Part shown: one piece after another, positions 23,159 to 36,615 of the stretch
How the letters are laid out: every line of letters begins with the position of its first letter
How positions within the stretch are numbered: position 1 is the first letter of the stretch
Assembly: GCF_963921235.1 (NCBI RefSeq)
Contig: NC_086108.1
Location: 84,074,001-84,138,000, forward strand
Length of the DNA: 64,000 bases
Source of the DNA: Mobula hypostoma
Lineage: Eukaryota
Direction of reading: 5' to 3'
Program-made: the position numbers and the translations under genes
The notes under the pieces: generated by a model
Database searches by the model: none
What the model was told of the DNA's origin: nothing
Seen by the model: only the letters and a program-made list of their open reading frames with translations

Positions 23159-25438
23159 TATTATACAACTACTGTCCAAAATTAATTAAAATTTCAAAAT
23201 ATATGCCACTTATTTGGGCTTTTACTCTTTTATTTAAACACAGTTGACAACATATATTTGTTAAGTCAGTTGTGAAAACAATCACCCAACACCCCCCCCC
23301 GCCCAATTTAAAGTGACCATTTTTGCAAGGACTCTAATGCAGCTGCTACAACCAGAATCCCAATAAATTACGGTCAAAAATGGCAGGTACCTAATGGGTT
23401 TCCCAGAAGTGATCAACTGTTCCTGTATTCACAGCATTGTAAAAAACATCTATCTCTGTTACAAAACATTTAATTATGTGAAAATTAAGAAAAGTACAGA
23501 TGTTGGAAATCTAAACTAACAACAGAAAATGATCCACTCAACAGGTCAGCCAACATCTGTGAGAAGAGAAATTGAGTTAACATTTCAGTTGGAAAATACC
23601 TCTTGTCAGTTGTTTTACGTACACAAAAGGGATCGTGGGTATGACCTAATGAGTGAATATACAGGTAGATCCAAGGTCAAATTCCAGCAATAAAGGAATG
23701 GTGGAGCTGGTTCATCTTCCCCTATTTCTTAGGTATTTTATATTCTTTAAGCTTCTGCGGTGAATGAGTTAACAATTCTTGGATGGAAAGGAAATCCAGA
23801 TTTATTTATTATATTTTAGTTCCCTGATACTTTGTAAGCAATGCCTCAAAAATCATAAATAATGAATGAGCAAACAGAGTAATGGACCTTATTTAACAGG
23901 AGAGCCTAAGTTCATGGGCATTTGTGAGTATTAATGGGGTGTTCACGGACACATTTCTGACTGAAATTGATTGACTTTACTTTATTTGCCATTCCTTAGA
24001 TCAACAAATCATTTTGTTTCCAGATGATTAAAATTCAGAAATTCTTCTGCTGAAGAATTTCCTTCCTGTGGTTTTTATTCAAAACGACTTCAGTAAAAAA
24101 AAACTATGCCATAAGTTTGAATCCTGTTGTCATGGTCTTCTGCTGTAGAAAGAAGAAGGGAGTTCTCATCACAGACTGCACATGCACCATCTACATGACT
24201 AAGCTTTACTTCCAGCATGACAACTTCAGTCATTTTCATCAGCTCTATTTTCAGTTGGGTCTGAAAGAACTCATTAGTATAGTTCCGCACCTCCTCCTTA
24301 TGTGCACGTCTAAATCTATAATTGAGATTGATAACAGTAACTTTCACATATATTGATGAAACCTGATAATGTGTTAGGTCAAGAAAGTCAAAAGCCAGAT
24401 TTCAAATTGCAGAGAAACATATCTGATCAATAGCATTTTAGGAAAAAAAACTGTAAAAAGGTAATTTCCCTATTTAATTCATCCAATAAGATATTTTGAC
24501 TCCGGTATTTATTTAAAAGAGAAATGATCTGCAATAAAGCAACATCATGGCATTGATCACATCTGGGACTACTAAATATTTTCCAACTAGCAACGAAAAT
24601 ACTGAAAGTCAGAGACAAATTGACGAAATGTTTCCCAGCAAGAAGTACAACATCTGCTGTTTGAGAGATCCAAATGCAGGTTGTGACTGTTTATAGCAGT
24701 AATGCCATTAAATGATAGTCACAAAACAATGATAATCACAAATCTTGTTAGTTGTATGTGCAATGCAAAACAGCTATTTTTTTTAAAGCACCAGTTGCAG
24801 GACTCTTTATTGTATCTGTAAAGAATTTCAATTGCATATTTTTGTCACTTTTTTTTCAATAACTTCAACAGGTCTGCAAATTGTCTGCTGTTGTATTTTT
24901 TTCCCTGTGTGTCTGGGATTAATTTGTTGACAAGTTATTATGAATGTCTTGTCAGAAAAGCCAAAGGGATTGCACAGCTTGAATAGTTTGATCATTAACA
25001 TATACTGATTTCCTGCATCATGAAATGGAAACTTTTGTAAGGTTGGCTGGACTAGGGGAACTGGACGACAAAAGTCAGAACCCTGTTACGGTTTCAGGCG
25101 GAAATTAAGGTTGCCTAATGCACAATGTAACAAAAGGTACCACAATTTACTTGAGATACCTACCAATAACCGCTTTCTACTTCCACCCTTCCCATTCCTA
25201 TTTATCTTTCCCATGGTTCCTGATCACTTTTCATAGAACCTCTGGTCTATGCAAAAATTAAACAAGCAATCATTTGGAAAAGCACATGGATAGGAAAGGT
25301 TTAGAGGGATATATGCCAAATGCCAACAAATCAGACTACCTTTGATGGGCACCTTGGATGGCATGGATGAGTTGGGCCAAAGGGCCTTCATCCATGCTGT
25401 GACTCTATCACAGTAACTCTAAAACTCTTTCATAATGG

Positions 25439-25657
25439 GGAACGTCGACTCAGACCATGAGAGGCCTGCGTCAGGCATTTTCATGCCTTACAAGGCGCAG
25501 ATTGGAAGTCTGTGTGGGGCGCCACTCCTCGCACAGACTAGAGTAATGTGCGATGAAGTGCCTTGCTCAAGGGCACAAACACACTGCCACAGCTGAGGCT
25601 TGAACTAGCGACCTTGAGATAACTAGACGAATGCCTTAACCACTTGGCCACGTGCCC
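25439..25657 (-). mobile_element. tRNA-derived SINE with CORE-like domain
   Basis: Minus strand: A box TGGCCAAGTGG, B box GTTCAAGCC, then tgtgcccttgagcaaggcactt (CORE-type motif). Confidence 0.8.
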
Positions 25658-25701
25658 AACATAGTAATAAAATCAAATTTTACAGCTTCTACTTTAACAT
25701 A

Positions 25702-25943
25702 TAGTCATGTGCAAAAGTCTTAGGTGCACATATGTAGCTTGGGTGCCTAAAGGTTTTGCACAGTATTGTATGCTCATTAAATAGAAAGGTACTTAGGAAA
25801 CAGAAATAAGAGTACTTAGTTTTGTATTAGCTCAGTAATATTCAATGTCATTTGGTAACAGGAAAGACATAATAGACAATACTGTGCAAAAGTCTTAGGC
25901 ACCCTACCTATATTTATGTGCCTAAAGCATTTGCACAGTACTG
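25702..25943. mobile_element. Two ~67-bp Tc1-type MITEs (25702-25768 and 25877-25943)
   Basis: Each is a short palindrome tgtgcaaaagtcttagg...cctaa...tttgcacagta ending in TA. Confidence 0.75.
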
Positions 25944-26077
25944 TAGGTCATTTGCTATATGTTTGATGAATTGGATGAGTGCAAAATCATCCACCAAAGT
26001 TGCACGCAACATATCAATTAGCACACTGGAAAGCAGAATTGGAGAAATACATGATTGTGCATGATTGTTGGATGGAC

Positions 26078-26728
26078 TTAGATATGGTGAGGACCTACAA
26101 GTACCTGGGGGTGCACCTGGATGACGAACTTGAGTGGAGCACCAACACAGAGGCTGTGTACAAGAAAGGCCAGAGTCGCCTCTACTTCCTGGGGAGACTG
26201 AGACCCTTTGGAGTCTGCAGGCTTCTCCTCCACATGTTCTACTTGTCTGTTGTTACCAGTACAATCTCCTATGCGGTGGTGTGCTGGGGCAATAGCATCA
26301 ACACAGGTGATGCCGACAGGCTCAATAAACTGATTAGAAAGGCTGGCTCTGTTATTGGAGTCAAACTGGACACACTGGAGGCTGTGGTAGAACAAAGGGC
26401 CCTACGGAAAATCCTGGCAATTCTGAACAATGTTTCTCACCCTCGGCATGACACCTTGCTCAACAGAGGAGCACTTTTAGTAATAGACTAAGACAACCTT
26501 ACTGCTCCGAAGATCACGATACAAGATCATTCCTACCTTAGGCCATAGGCTCTTTTTTGAGGCAATCTATAGCTGGGGAAGTGATGACCTCCCCCCCCCC
26601 CGCTAAAACTGTTTGAGATAACTTATTTTTTATACTTACATACTTCTCTTCTAATATTTGTATATCTGTGCACTTGTAATGCTATTGTGACACTGTCATT
26701 TCTTTTGGGATCAATAAAGTATCTATTT
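26078..26728 (+). mobile_element. Rex1/Babar-type LINE 3' fragment
   Basis: YKYLGVHLDDELEWSTNTEAVYKKGQSRLYFL. Tail gggatcaataaagtatcta. Confidence 0.9.
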
Positions 26729-27619
26729 ATTCCATGCTGCAGCACAGAAACAACCTGTTTAGATCAACATTGCGCTCCTCAAGACCTCCTTAATTATCCA
26801 TTCATATCTATCTTTTAATTCCTTTCTTTCTATGTTTATCTAATTTCTCTTTAACTTAATCTATTCTAAGCATCTCGACTTCTCCCGAGGCATGGAATAC
26901 TGTATCAGAAACAGGACAGATTGCTATTAGTGCAAAACTAGATAAAAATTACCAGAGTGTCAACTGATGGGACACACAGTTATAATGTCCAAGAGATTAA
27001 CTGGCCTCAAAGGCATTATGTGAGACAAAGATGGATAAGCAAATTGTTTTTTTTTGTTTAATCTTCCCTCAGGAAAACTGAAAAGCTTTGTAGCATTCAC
27101 TAAAAAAATTGAATGGAGAGTACTTCTCTGTGCTTAGTTCACATATATAAAAAAATTCTGATTAGAGAAATGGCCTTTCTTGGTCTATGATAATGTTCCC
27201 CAACTGGCAATAAAACAGCAAAAAAGCCTGTTAGAAATTAAAACAGGAGAGTGATATTGTGTAAAGATGTCTGTGTTGAGAGAAACAGTGTTAAAATTTC
27301 AGGTACATGAACTTTTATCAGAATTAGGAATGGTTCAAAATCAGACAGGCATTAAAATTCACAGAAGAGGATTATGGTGAGGTGAGTCCTGTAGAACAGT
27401 GCAGATCAAAAAAGATTGAATAGCCCAAGTTGTGGTGCTATTCAACTGTGAATTAGTGTTGCATTAATTAGTATGGATAGGTAGTTGTGTGATCACTCGA
27501 GTGAGATGTTCTCCTAAGGGATTGTCCCTGTTGCCACATAGGTAACGACAAAGCTTCATTCCCAGATGAGTTTGATGCATTTTATCACAAACAAGAGAAA
27601 TCCAAGCATTTTATGATGC

Positions 27620-28550
27620 ATGTTATGCTAATTTTGACTGTCAAAACACGAAGGCACCTTCACAAACTCCCACAGCCCCCAATGACCCAGTGATTTCAGT
27701 TTCTGAGGCCAACATGAGAGCATCCTTCAGGAGGGTGAACCCATCAGGCCAAGATAGGGTACCTGGCCAAGTACAAAAGACCTGTGCTGATCAACAGACT
27801 GGAGTGTTCACCTTTATCATTAACCACTAACTCCAGCAGAATGAGATACCCATGTGCTTCAAGCAGACTTCAATTATTACGGTGCCCAAGAATAACATGA
27901 TAACCTGCCTCAATGATTACCATCCAGTTGCACTTACATCCGATGTGATGAAGAGTGTTAAGAGATTGGTGTTGAAATGTATCAACTCCTGTCTGAGTGG
28001 CATCTTGGATCCACTCCAATTTGCCTACCATCACAAGCGATCAATAGTAGATGCGATTTTATTGGCTCTTCACTCAACCTTAGAACATCTGGACAGTGAA
28101 GATGCTTATACGTTATTAGGATGTTCTTCATCGACTACAGCTCAGCATTCAATACTATAATCCCCTCAAAACTAATCAATAAGCTTCAAGACCTAGGACT
28201 GAATTTCTCCTTGTGCAACTGGATCCCCAAATTCCTCACTTGCAGACCCCTCCACAATCACCATCAGCACAAGTGCAACACAAGGCTGTGTACTTGGCCC
28301 TCTCTCTACTCGCTTTATACTTATGACTGTGAGGCTAAGCAGAGCTCCAGTACCAAATTTACTGTGAGTCTGCTGACAACACAACCGTCATTAGCTGAAT
28401 AAAAGGTGGTGACGAATCAGCATATAGCGGGGAGATTGAAAATCTGGCTGAGCGGTGCCAGAACAACCAAAGGAGCTGATTGTTGACATCAAGGGAGGAA
28501 AGGGTTCAGAGGTGGAGAGGTTCAGCCAATTTAAATTCTTCCATGTTATT
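27620..28550 (+). mobile_element. Rex1/Babar-type LINE RT fragment
   Basis: [35 protein letters not shown]. Confidence 0.88.
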
Positions 28551-28559
28551 ATTATTAAT

Positions 28560-28825
28560 GTGGGGAGGCTGCTACACGGGCAGCCACTACATGGTCCTTG
28601 GCAGATCGGGGGCAGGGCCCAGTAACATGTATGCAAGGCCATTGCTGCAGCCTTCCTCCACCTTCACTGTCATCGTGACACGTTATAATCTTCTGCCAGC
28701 TCCGGCGTTGAGGTCTTGGTTAGATCGCTCTGTCTGGAACCTCCCCCTTAGCTGACCCTACAAGGAGCTAAAGCTAGGCAGCATTGCTCAAGGATCTCAG
28801 GAATAACAAGGTGACAATCCTCAGA
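28560..28825 (-). mobile_element. Probable RTE 5'-UTR-derived fragment
   Basis: GC-rich segment with gaccctacaaggagctaaagct...gcattgctc, resembling RTE 5' UTRs in reverse orientation. Recognised by eye only. Confidence 0.45.
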
Positions 28826-30495
28826 GAAGAAGAATTGATGATTTTTCTTCCCTTTATTGTTAGTTACTTGATGACACAGTGTGTCAAAGGGCCTATTTCT
28901 GGGCTATTTGATTTTCTGAGTTTATGACATTGCCAGCTCTTGGAGAATGATGAAGATTTGTTAATCTCGGTTTATCTGTCCGGAAGAGGTGTAAGTGGAA
29001 GTGAGAAAAGAGACAGGATGGTGGGGAATGAAAGATAGCAATGCTGAGAAGGCTAACAACCTTTAACATTATCACTGCTTTGATTTCTTTCTACAGATGT
29101 TGTTTAATCTGCGGAGTACTTTCAGCCTCTGCTTTATTTCACATTTCCAAAAGCAGCAGTGTTTGGATTCTCACAGAACTAGCATAGTTGCTCTCTCTTC
29201 TCTGTCTGTATTCACTTTTTGAGCTGCATTTTCTATTTATAGTTTCACAAAGGCTATGACTGGTCTGTTAGTGTCTGAAAGAAGGAAAGTAGATCAACAC
29301 TGGGGTGTCCCGCTTTATTAGAAAGCAAGACAGTTTTCTTGTCTTAGGTTGAGTGTGGTTTCCTCCAGCGCTCTGTCCCCTCCCCCATATTCCAAGGACA
29401 CTGTTTGTAAATTACCCGATGAAAGGAGGAGGGTTGAGAACATATGATTAGAATAAATGGGTGGTTGATGTTTGACACGGACTAGGTAGGCTGAAGGGAC
29501 TGTTTTCATATTCTATCTCTATATCAGCTGGTGTTCTGCACCTAGGATAATGCTCCATTTATTTTTGTCTTTGAACCTTTGTCAGTGTGCCTCCAATAAT
29601 CCTAAAATCCTTGTTTTTAGTTTCCTATTCCCCATTTTCAACTTGCTCAAACTCGACACTTTTTTAAAGCTTTTATGGACTTTCTTTTGCTACTTTGAAA
29701 AACAAATTAATGGCTTGTGCAAGTTTTCGTTCTTCCATTGTCCTTGTAATATCAAGTGCAGTTAGTAACTGGCACAAAAAAAAAGCAAGCTCTTCCATTT
29801 TCATTTGGGAGTTTCCAGCTCACAGCACGTTAATAGTGTGATTTTAAGTGGTAGATTTGACCTTTTCTTTCTCACTCTTTTCCTTTCTATTTGGGCACTT
29901 GATTATCTTTCACCCTTCTGTTCGGGAACTGTCAATAGGTCTGAAAAAATTATAATCTTTACTCTCTACTGATGTTGACTGAGTGCTTGTATTTTCCAGC
30001 ACCCATTTCAAATGGATTACAATTCATTACAAAACACTCATTGAATACAGATGAAATGGTTTGGTACTGCTTTGTCATCAGTACATCTACACACAAAAGT
30101 TGAACTATGGCCTTCTGTCAGTTCAGTGCCAGATCAAGTGCATGAATTGAGCTATATTACCATGCAATACACATAAGAGATAATATTCCAAAACTAAATG
30201 GCGCTTCATTCCTGTCTTTGCACTATTTACACGCTACTCTAATAGGAATGTGTATCAAATTTCATTGCAAGAGCCGGACGAATATGGTACTCCCTGTTGG
30301 TACCATGGCTGAGAACTTGGTTTGTGTTTACAATGCAATTTGCAGCATTCTGCATCTGAAACCTAAAGCAATATAGAGTCACTTCTGTGTTTTAACACAA
30401 CCTACCAAGAGTAAAACTGCAGTGCTTAGTGATGACATCACAGAGTCATTTATGTTCCCAAACATAGTACATTCAGATACACTTAACATACTCAC

Positions 30496-30510
30496 GGATT
30501 TTCCATCAGG
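30496..30510 (-). CDS. Candidate 15-nt microexon (PDGKS in phase 0)
   Basis: Minus strand: aattttcctttcccag|CCTGATGGAAAATCC|gtgagtatg. Strong acceptor and consensus donor, length divisible by 3, lies in the phase-0 intron upstream of the ST3GAL3 exon. Confidence 0.5.
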
Positions 30511-32589
30511 CTGGGAAAGGAAAATTATTTTTCAAATACTTATCTATTACTTAAAATATCTGAATTAAAATGTCATTATGGCAAGAATTTTTCATTGTTG
30601 AAGGCAGAAAAACCACACCATTTAATTATATCATAACACTGTAAAACCAAGTTACAACAGTACCGAATGACAATTCTATTTATATTGCTGAGAATTGGCA
30701 CCCACCAGAACCTAATAACATTGCCCTATATAGGCCATCATAACCGAACATTGTTAAGGGCATACCATTGAAATAATGAGGTCTTTTTCATTTACTATAA
30801 CTATGTTTTTTATTTCCTGTCTCCATAGTTGTGATGAATATGGAAAGCAGAGCTTGCTGTTGTCCAATTACAGCTTGCACAGGATAACAAGTAAAGTCCC
30901 AAACATCAATATTAACTTCTGACAAGTCAGCACATACTGCCTCCTGAGAGCTTGTCAATAAATACAATGTGCTGGCCAAAAACCTATATGGCCAAGAGGC
31001 CAACATCCTTCACACCCCATAAACCTTTCATTTAGCAAGCTTTGAAGACAAAGCCAGCATATTTGCTCTCTGCCTCACAAATGCAAAATATCCATTCTCC
31101 AGAAAACAATATAATCAAAAAGGTCATTAGAAGATGTATCTTAAGTTTTACTAAGTGAAGGCGAAACAGGAGTCCAACTAAAATAAATGAAAACAGCACT
31201 GATGTCTTCTAATCCGTTCCCACTGTACAATCAGAAACAATCAACAAGACCGGTATCACACTTACCAGTGTATCATGCAGCATCGAGTCAAAAATGTATT
31301 AGTAGCCTTGTATCATATTAAGAACTTTAGAATGAAATCTTCCTGTTTATTTCACAAAGTAGCCCAAAGGAGGCTTTGGTTTAATACCATTGCTGTCTTG
31401 TCAAGGAGGGGTGAGTTAAAACACAGTACTAAGAATGAGTAATTCTCAGTTTAGAGCTAATCTTCTCTGCAAACCAACTTATTGACAGATACATTTACCG
31501 TCCCATCCTGCACAACTTGCAGCTGAGAGGATGCCAGACATACAACTTGCTTTGGAGAATTGTGTCATTGCTGCTTAATAGCTGATTACTCAAGAAACAG
31601 CTGCTGCTCAATGCAAGTTATTGGGATGCAGGAACAAAAAAAAGAAAAATAGTTCAGCTGAGAGTAGAAACATATGGGAAATCATAGCAGTTTAAGGGGA
31701 AGTTGGATAAATACATGAGGGGAATAGAAATAGGAAGATATGTTGACAGTGTTACATGAAGAAAGGTGGGTCGAAGCTCACATTGAGCATAAACACTGGC
31801 GAAGACAAGTTTCTCAAAGTGTTGTAAAATGATGGAATATGATATGTAATGCACTAATAAGCTACATTTCCTGCATATTGATGATTCAAGTCTTCATACA
31901 TCATAGTCCTCTGAACATTTACCTCATTTGGCACCTAGATGATGGAAAAATGAAGCACTATGTAGTTAGGAAAGGATAGATTGATATTAGAGTAGGTTAA
32001 AGGTTGGCACAACATTGTGGGCCGAATTGCCTGTACTGTGCTGCAGTGTTCTATCTAGGAATCTCTACTTGAATGGTTTTAGGAACCACAGATGCTAATA
32101 TTAGTTTACTGTCACAAATGTGAACATTCAAACTCTACCAATCCCTACTAAAATTGGCCAGGGTCCCTAGATTAGATTTGAATCTCCAACCTAGTTCAAT
32201 GCTCCTGCAAAACAGAAAGGAATATATCTCTCATCTGATATATTAAACTCTTATGTATTGGGATAATTAAATAAAACTTATGAGCCAGTCTAAAATAAGG
32301 AAAGTATACAACTCTTCCCTATGTGCAGCCCTTTTAGCACAAATTGATTCTGACAGCTACAGAATAATCAACGTAGGAGAGTTCACCTGGGTAATTACAG
32401 AACAAAATCATTTCCACAACACTGAACTTCTATATGTACAATTCAATTGCCACTGACTTCACCAGACACATAAACATCCCATGGTTTCTCTCACACAGCT
32501 CAACAGCAGTGCCCCAGACTGCCCGTGACCAAGACTGAAGACTTCAATTTAAGCAACAAAGAAAGAACTTATTGCTCGTGCAAAGCAGG

Positions 32590-33235
32590 TGACCAGGAGT
32601 GCAAAGGAGGCATCCATTATTAAGGATCCTCACCATCAAGGACATGCCTTTTTTGTTACTACCACCATGGTGGAGGTACAAGAACCTGAAAATCCAGACT
32701 CAATGATTCAGAGATAGCTTCCTTCCCTCTGTCGTTAGATTACTGAATGGTCTATGAACAATACCTCATTATTTCTTTTATTTTCTATTGATTCTGTAAT
32801 TTATGCATGCCATATAACACAGTGACCGTACACCTGATTCTAATCTTACACAAATACAAGTATGGAGCCCCGCTGTTCCACCAGAAATATCACTTAGAAA
32901 CAAAAAAATAATAATTTTACTTACCAAAAACTTTGACAAACTTCTACAAATGCACAATGGAGAGTATCCTAACTGGTTGCATCCACCACCTGACATGGGA
33001 ACACCAATTGACACGAACAGAAAAGGCTACAGAAGGAGGTGGATGCAGCCCAGCCCATCACAGGTGAAACCCTTCCCAACAGTGAGTACATTTACATGGA
33101 GCGATACGTTAAAGCAGCATCCATCAAAGACCCTCCCCAACCAGGCCATGCCCTCTTTTCAATCCCACCATCAGGCAGGAGGTACAGAAGCCTCAGGAAC
33201 AGTTACTACCCTACAACATCAGTCTCCTGCACTGG
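32590..33235 (+). mobile_element. Two Rex1/Babar-type 3' fragments
   Basis: ASIIKDPHHQGHA and KAASIKDPPQPGHALFSIPPSGRRYRSL motifs. Confidence 0.75.
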
Positions 33236-33391
33236 CATGGATCACATTACTTTGATAATAAATTTACTTTGAACTTACAGATTTTGGCTTCAAATAGTTA
33301 TACTAACCAGAAAATGTAATTCATCATCACTAGTACAGTTAAATGTCCTTCTAATAAACATTCAGAGTTTTCAAAATAACTTAAAAAATCA

Positions 33392-34563
33392 TTTATTTAG
33401 AGATACAGTACAGAACAGGTCCTTTTGGCCCTTTGAGCTGTGTCAGCATTCAACCCCAGGCTAATCAATTTACAATGACCAATTAACCTACTAACCGGCA
33501 CATCTTTCAACTGTGGGAGGAAACCAGAGCACCTGAAGGAAACACGCGTTCCGTGGAGAGAAAGTAGAACACAGAACATAGAACATAGAATGGTACAGCA
33601 CAGTACAGGCCCTTTGGCCCACAATGTTGTGCCGACCCTTAAACCCTGCCTCCCACAGAACCCCCCCCACCTTAAATTCCCCACATGCCTGTCTAGAAGT
33701 TTCTTAAATTTCAGTAGAGTATCTGCCTCCACCACTGACTCACCACTGACGTACCAACCACTCTCTGAGTAAAAAACCTTCCTCTGATATCCCCCTTGAA
33801 CTTCCCACCCCTTACCTTAAAGCCATGTCCTCTTGTATTGAGCAGTGGTGCCCTGGGGAAACGGCGCTGGCTGTCCACTCTATCTATTCCTCTTAATATC
33901 TTGTATAACTCTTGTCATGTCTCCTCTCATCCTCCTTCTCTCCAAAGAGTAAAGCCCTAGCTCCCTTAATCTCTGATCATAATGCATACTCTCTAAACCA
34001 GGCAGCATCCTGGGAAATCTCCTCTGTACCCTTTCCAATGCTTCCACATCCTTCCTATAGTGAGGCGACCAGAACTGGACACAGTACTCCAAGTGTGGCC
34101 TAACCAGAGTTTTATAGTGCTGCATCATTACCTCGCGACTCTTAAACTCTATCCCTCAACTTATGAAAGCTAATACCCCATAAGTTTTCTTTATATTCTT
34201 AACTGCCCTATCTACCTGTACCCCCAGATGGACATGTACCCCCAGATTGCTCTGCTCCTCCACACTGCCAAGTATCCTGCCATTTACTTTATACTCTGCC
34301 TTGGAGTTTGTCCTTCCAAAGTGTACCACCTCACACTTCTCCGGGTTGAACTCCATCTGCCACTTCTCAGCCCACTTCTGCATCCTATCAATGTCTCTCT
34401 GCAATCTTTGGCAATCCTCTACATTATCCACAACACCACCAACCTTTGTGTCTTCTGCAAACTTGCCAACCCACCTCTTTACAGAGGACGGCGGGATCTA
34501 ACTCCGAGCTCCTACACCCTGAACTGTAACAATGACACACTAACTGCCATGCTACCATGGCAC
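33392..34563 (-). mobile_element. V-SINE (HE1-like) split by a CR1 insertion: V-domain and tail at 33392-33564, tRNA-like head at 34474-34563
   Basis: Minus strand ggtgctctggtttcctcccacag (V domain) and ggtgccatggtagcatggcagttagt (head) flank the CR1. Confidence 0.7.
33565..34473 (-). mobile_element. 5'-truncated CR1 LINE
   Basis: WQMEFNPEKCEVVHFG, LVRPHLEYCVQFWSPHYRKD. (ttctatg)n tail at 33565-33590. Confidence 0.92.
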
Positions 34564-35339
34564 CCACAGTGAGATATCTCCACTGTAAGATATCAACCAG
34601 CGTAAAATCCATAAAGGCTTTTCAAGAGCAGAAGAAGAGTTTGCAAGGAAAGCCAGGCCTGATTGATGCAACCCTTCATTCAGGGATAGGAAGGGAAGGA
34701 TCCATCTCAGATGTTTTCTCTTTTCAGCAGAGCAGAACCAATGGACTGGGATTCAGGCCCATATTTTAGAATAACTCTCTAGATACTCAGATCAAAACAT
34801 GGTATTTTATCCACGAATTCAGAAGTAAGTATTCCTTGATATTTAAAAATGCAAACACGCAAAAAGGAGGATATTTGTTGATACTTAACTGCTGGTAATG
34901 ATAGCATTATAGCATTTCACATGTAAGACTTTAACAAACAATAAAAGGAAATGACAGACAAATATCCAGCAAGAGTTTACTCAAATAAAGCGGATATACA
35001 AACAGAAGCCTAATTATGTGAACAATGTAACAGCAGTCCCAAAGAAATGGCACCATTAATGCAGTGGATGTCTTAAGATACTTGTAATGACAGTGAGAAA
35101 ATAAATGCTTTTCCTGGAAGGCCAACCAAAACATTAGACTAAGAATTGGGTTTTGGGGAGAATTTTGAAGACGGTGAATGAGGGAGAGGGAGTGAGAGAC
35201 AGAAATGAATGGGTCTAGAGAGCTGCAGAGAGTACTACCAGTATTCCCAGCAAGGATGAAGTGAATGGATGTGCAGAGAATGCAAAGTTTTAGATGATGT
35301 ACTGAATCTTTGTTAACCACTAAGAAAGCAGAAGTGCTA

Positions 35340-35887
35340 GCATGCTTTCTTCATAGTGGCATTTGCATGGACCCAGTACAGATTCTCTGAAATGATAACA
35401 CCAAGGAATTTAAAGTAGTTGACCCCTCCACCTCCATTCCCCGATGTGGGCTGGCTCATGGGCCCCCGGTTTCCTCCTCCCAAAGTCAATAATCATCTCC
35501 TCAGTCTTGGTGACACTGAGTGAGAGGTTGCTGCTGTGGCACCACTCATCTGGATTTTCCATCTCCCTCCTATATGCTGATTTGTCTTCACTTCTGATTT
35601 GGGTAACGACAGTGGTGTCATAAGCAACTTGAATATGGCATTGGAGCTGTGCTTAGCCACATGGTCACAAGTATTATCCAAGTACAACAGGGGGCTAAGC
35701 ACACAGCTTATGGTGCACCTGTGCTGATGGAGATCGTGGAGATGTTTTTGCCAATCTGAACTGACTGGGGTCTACAAGTGATGAAATCGAGGATCCAGTT
35801 GCACAAGGAGGTATTGTGGACTAGGTCTTGAAGCTTATTGATTGGTTTTGAGGGGTTGATAGTATCGAATACCGAGCTGTAGTCAAC
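35340..35887 (-). mobile_element. Rex1/Babar-type LINE RT fragment
   Basis: Minus strand: [28 protein letters not shown]. Confidence 0.8.
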
Positions 35888-35899
35888 GTTTTCAGGTAA

Positions 35900-36143
35900 T
35901 TCGTGGACAGTATAGCGGGGATGTCAGAGATAGTTTTTAATGCAGAGAGAGGCAAGTACTGCCGGGGCGGTGGAAGAGGCAGATACATAAGGGACATTTA
36001 AGAGATTCTAAGATAGAAACATGGATGAAAGGAAAATGTAGTACTATGTTGAAGGGAAGGGTTAGATTAATCTTGGAGTAGGTTAAAAAGATGGAACAGC
36101 ATTGTGGACAGACTGGCCTGTACTGTGCTGTACACTATGTTCC
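35900..36143 (+). mobile_element. CR1 3' tail fragment
   Basis: gtggaagaggcagatacataagggacatttaagaga...cctgtactgtgctgtacactatgttc. Confidence 0.7.
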
Positions 36144-36615
36144 AATATCACAAAAATGAAATCCAGCCAAAAATCCAACATTAAGAAGTACAATACATAT
36201 TACCAATTAAACTGCTCCAAACATTAATTAACATCTCTTCTATCTTACTGAGAAAGACAGAATAACAAATTTTAAAGCTCTGTTTAACTAATTTGTTTTC
36301 TTCTTCATCCACGACCTGACAAAGTATTTTCAATATGAAATGTTAACTTTATTTTTCCTTCTACATTTTCTTTTTCATTTCCAATTTACAGCATTTGCAG
36401 TATTTGAAAATTTTCACAAAGCAAGTTGAATTCATGTACACATATATGCACCAGAAGTACAACAATCCAACCTACTTCCATCTGGATTTTGCATAAGACT
36501 CGTAAGTCACTTCAAAACCCAAGGAAATGTAATGGGTAATGTGATGCTCCATCTCAAAGAACTACCTAAGAAGAAAACTTAAGGCTTTCCCTTTCTTTAT
36601 CTTTCATATGGAACA

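Noticed and set aside
25560..25657. tRNA-like A and B boxes
   Set aside because: SINE head followed by a CORE-like domain, with no full cloverleaf.
31260..31480. Strong minus-strand donor CTG|gtaagt at about 31266
   Set aside because: No convincing acceptor or open frame upstream.
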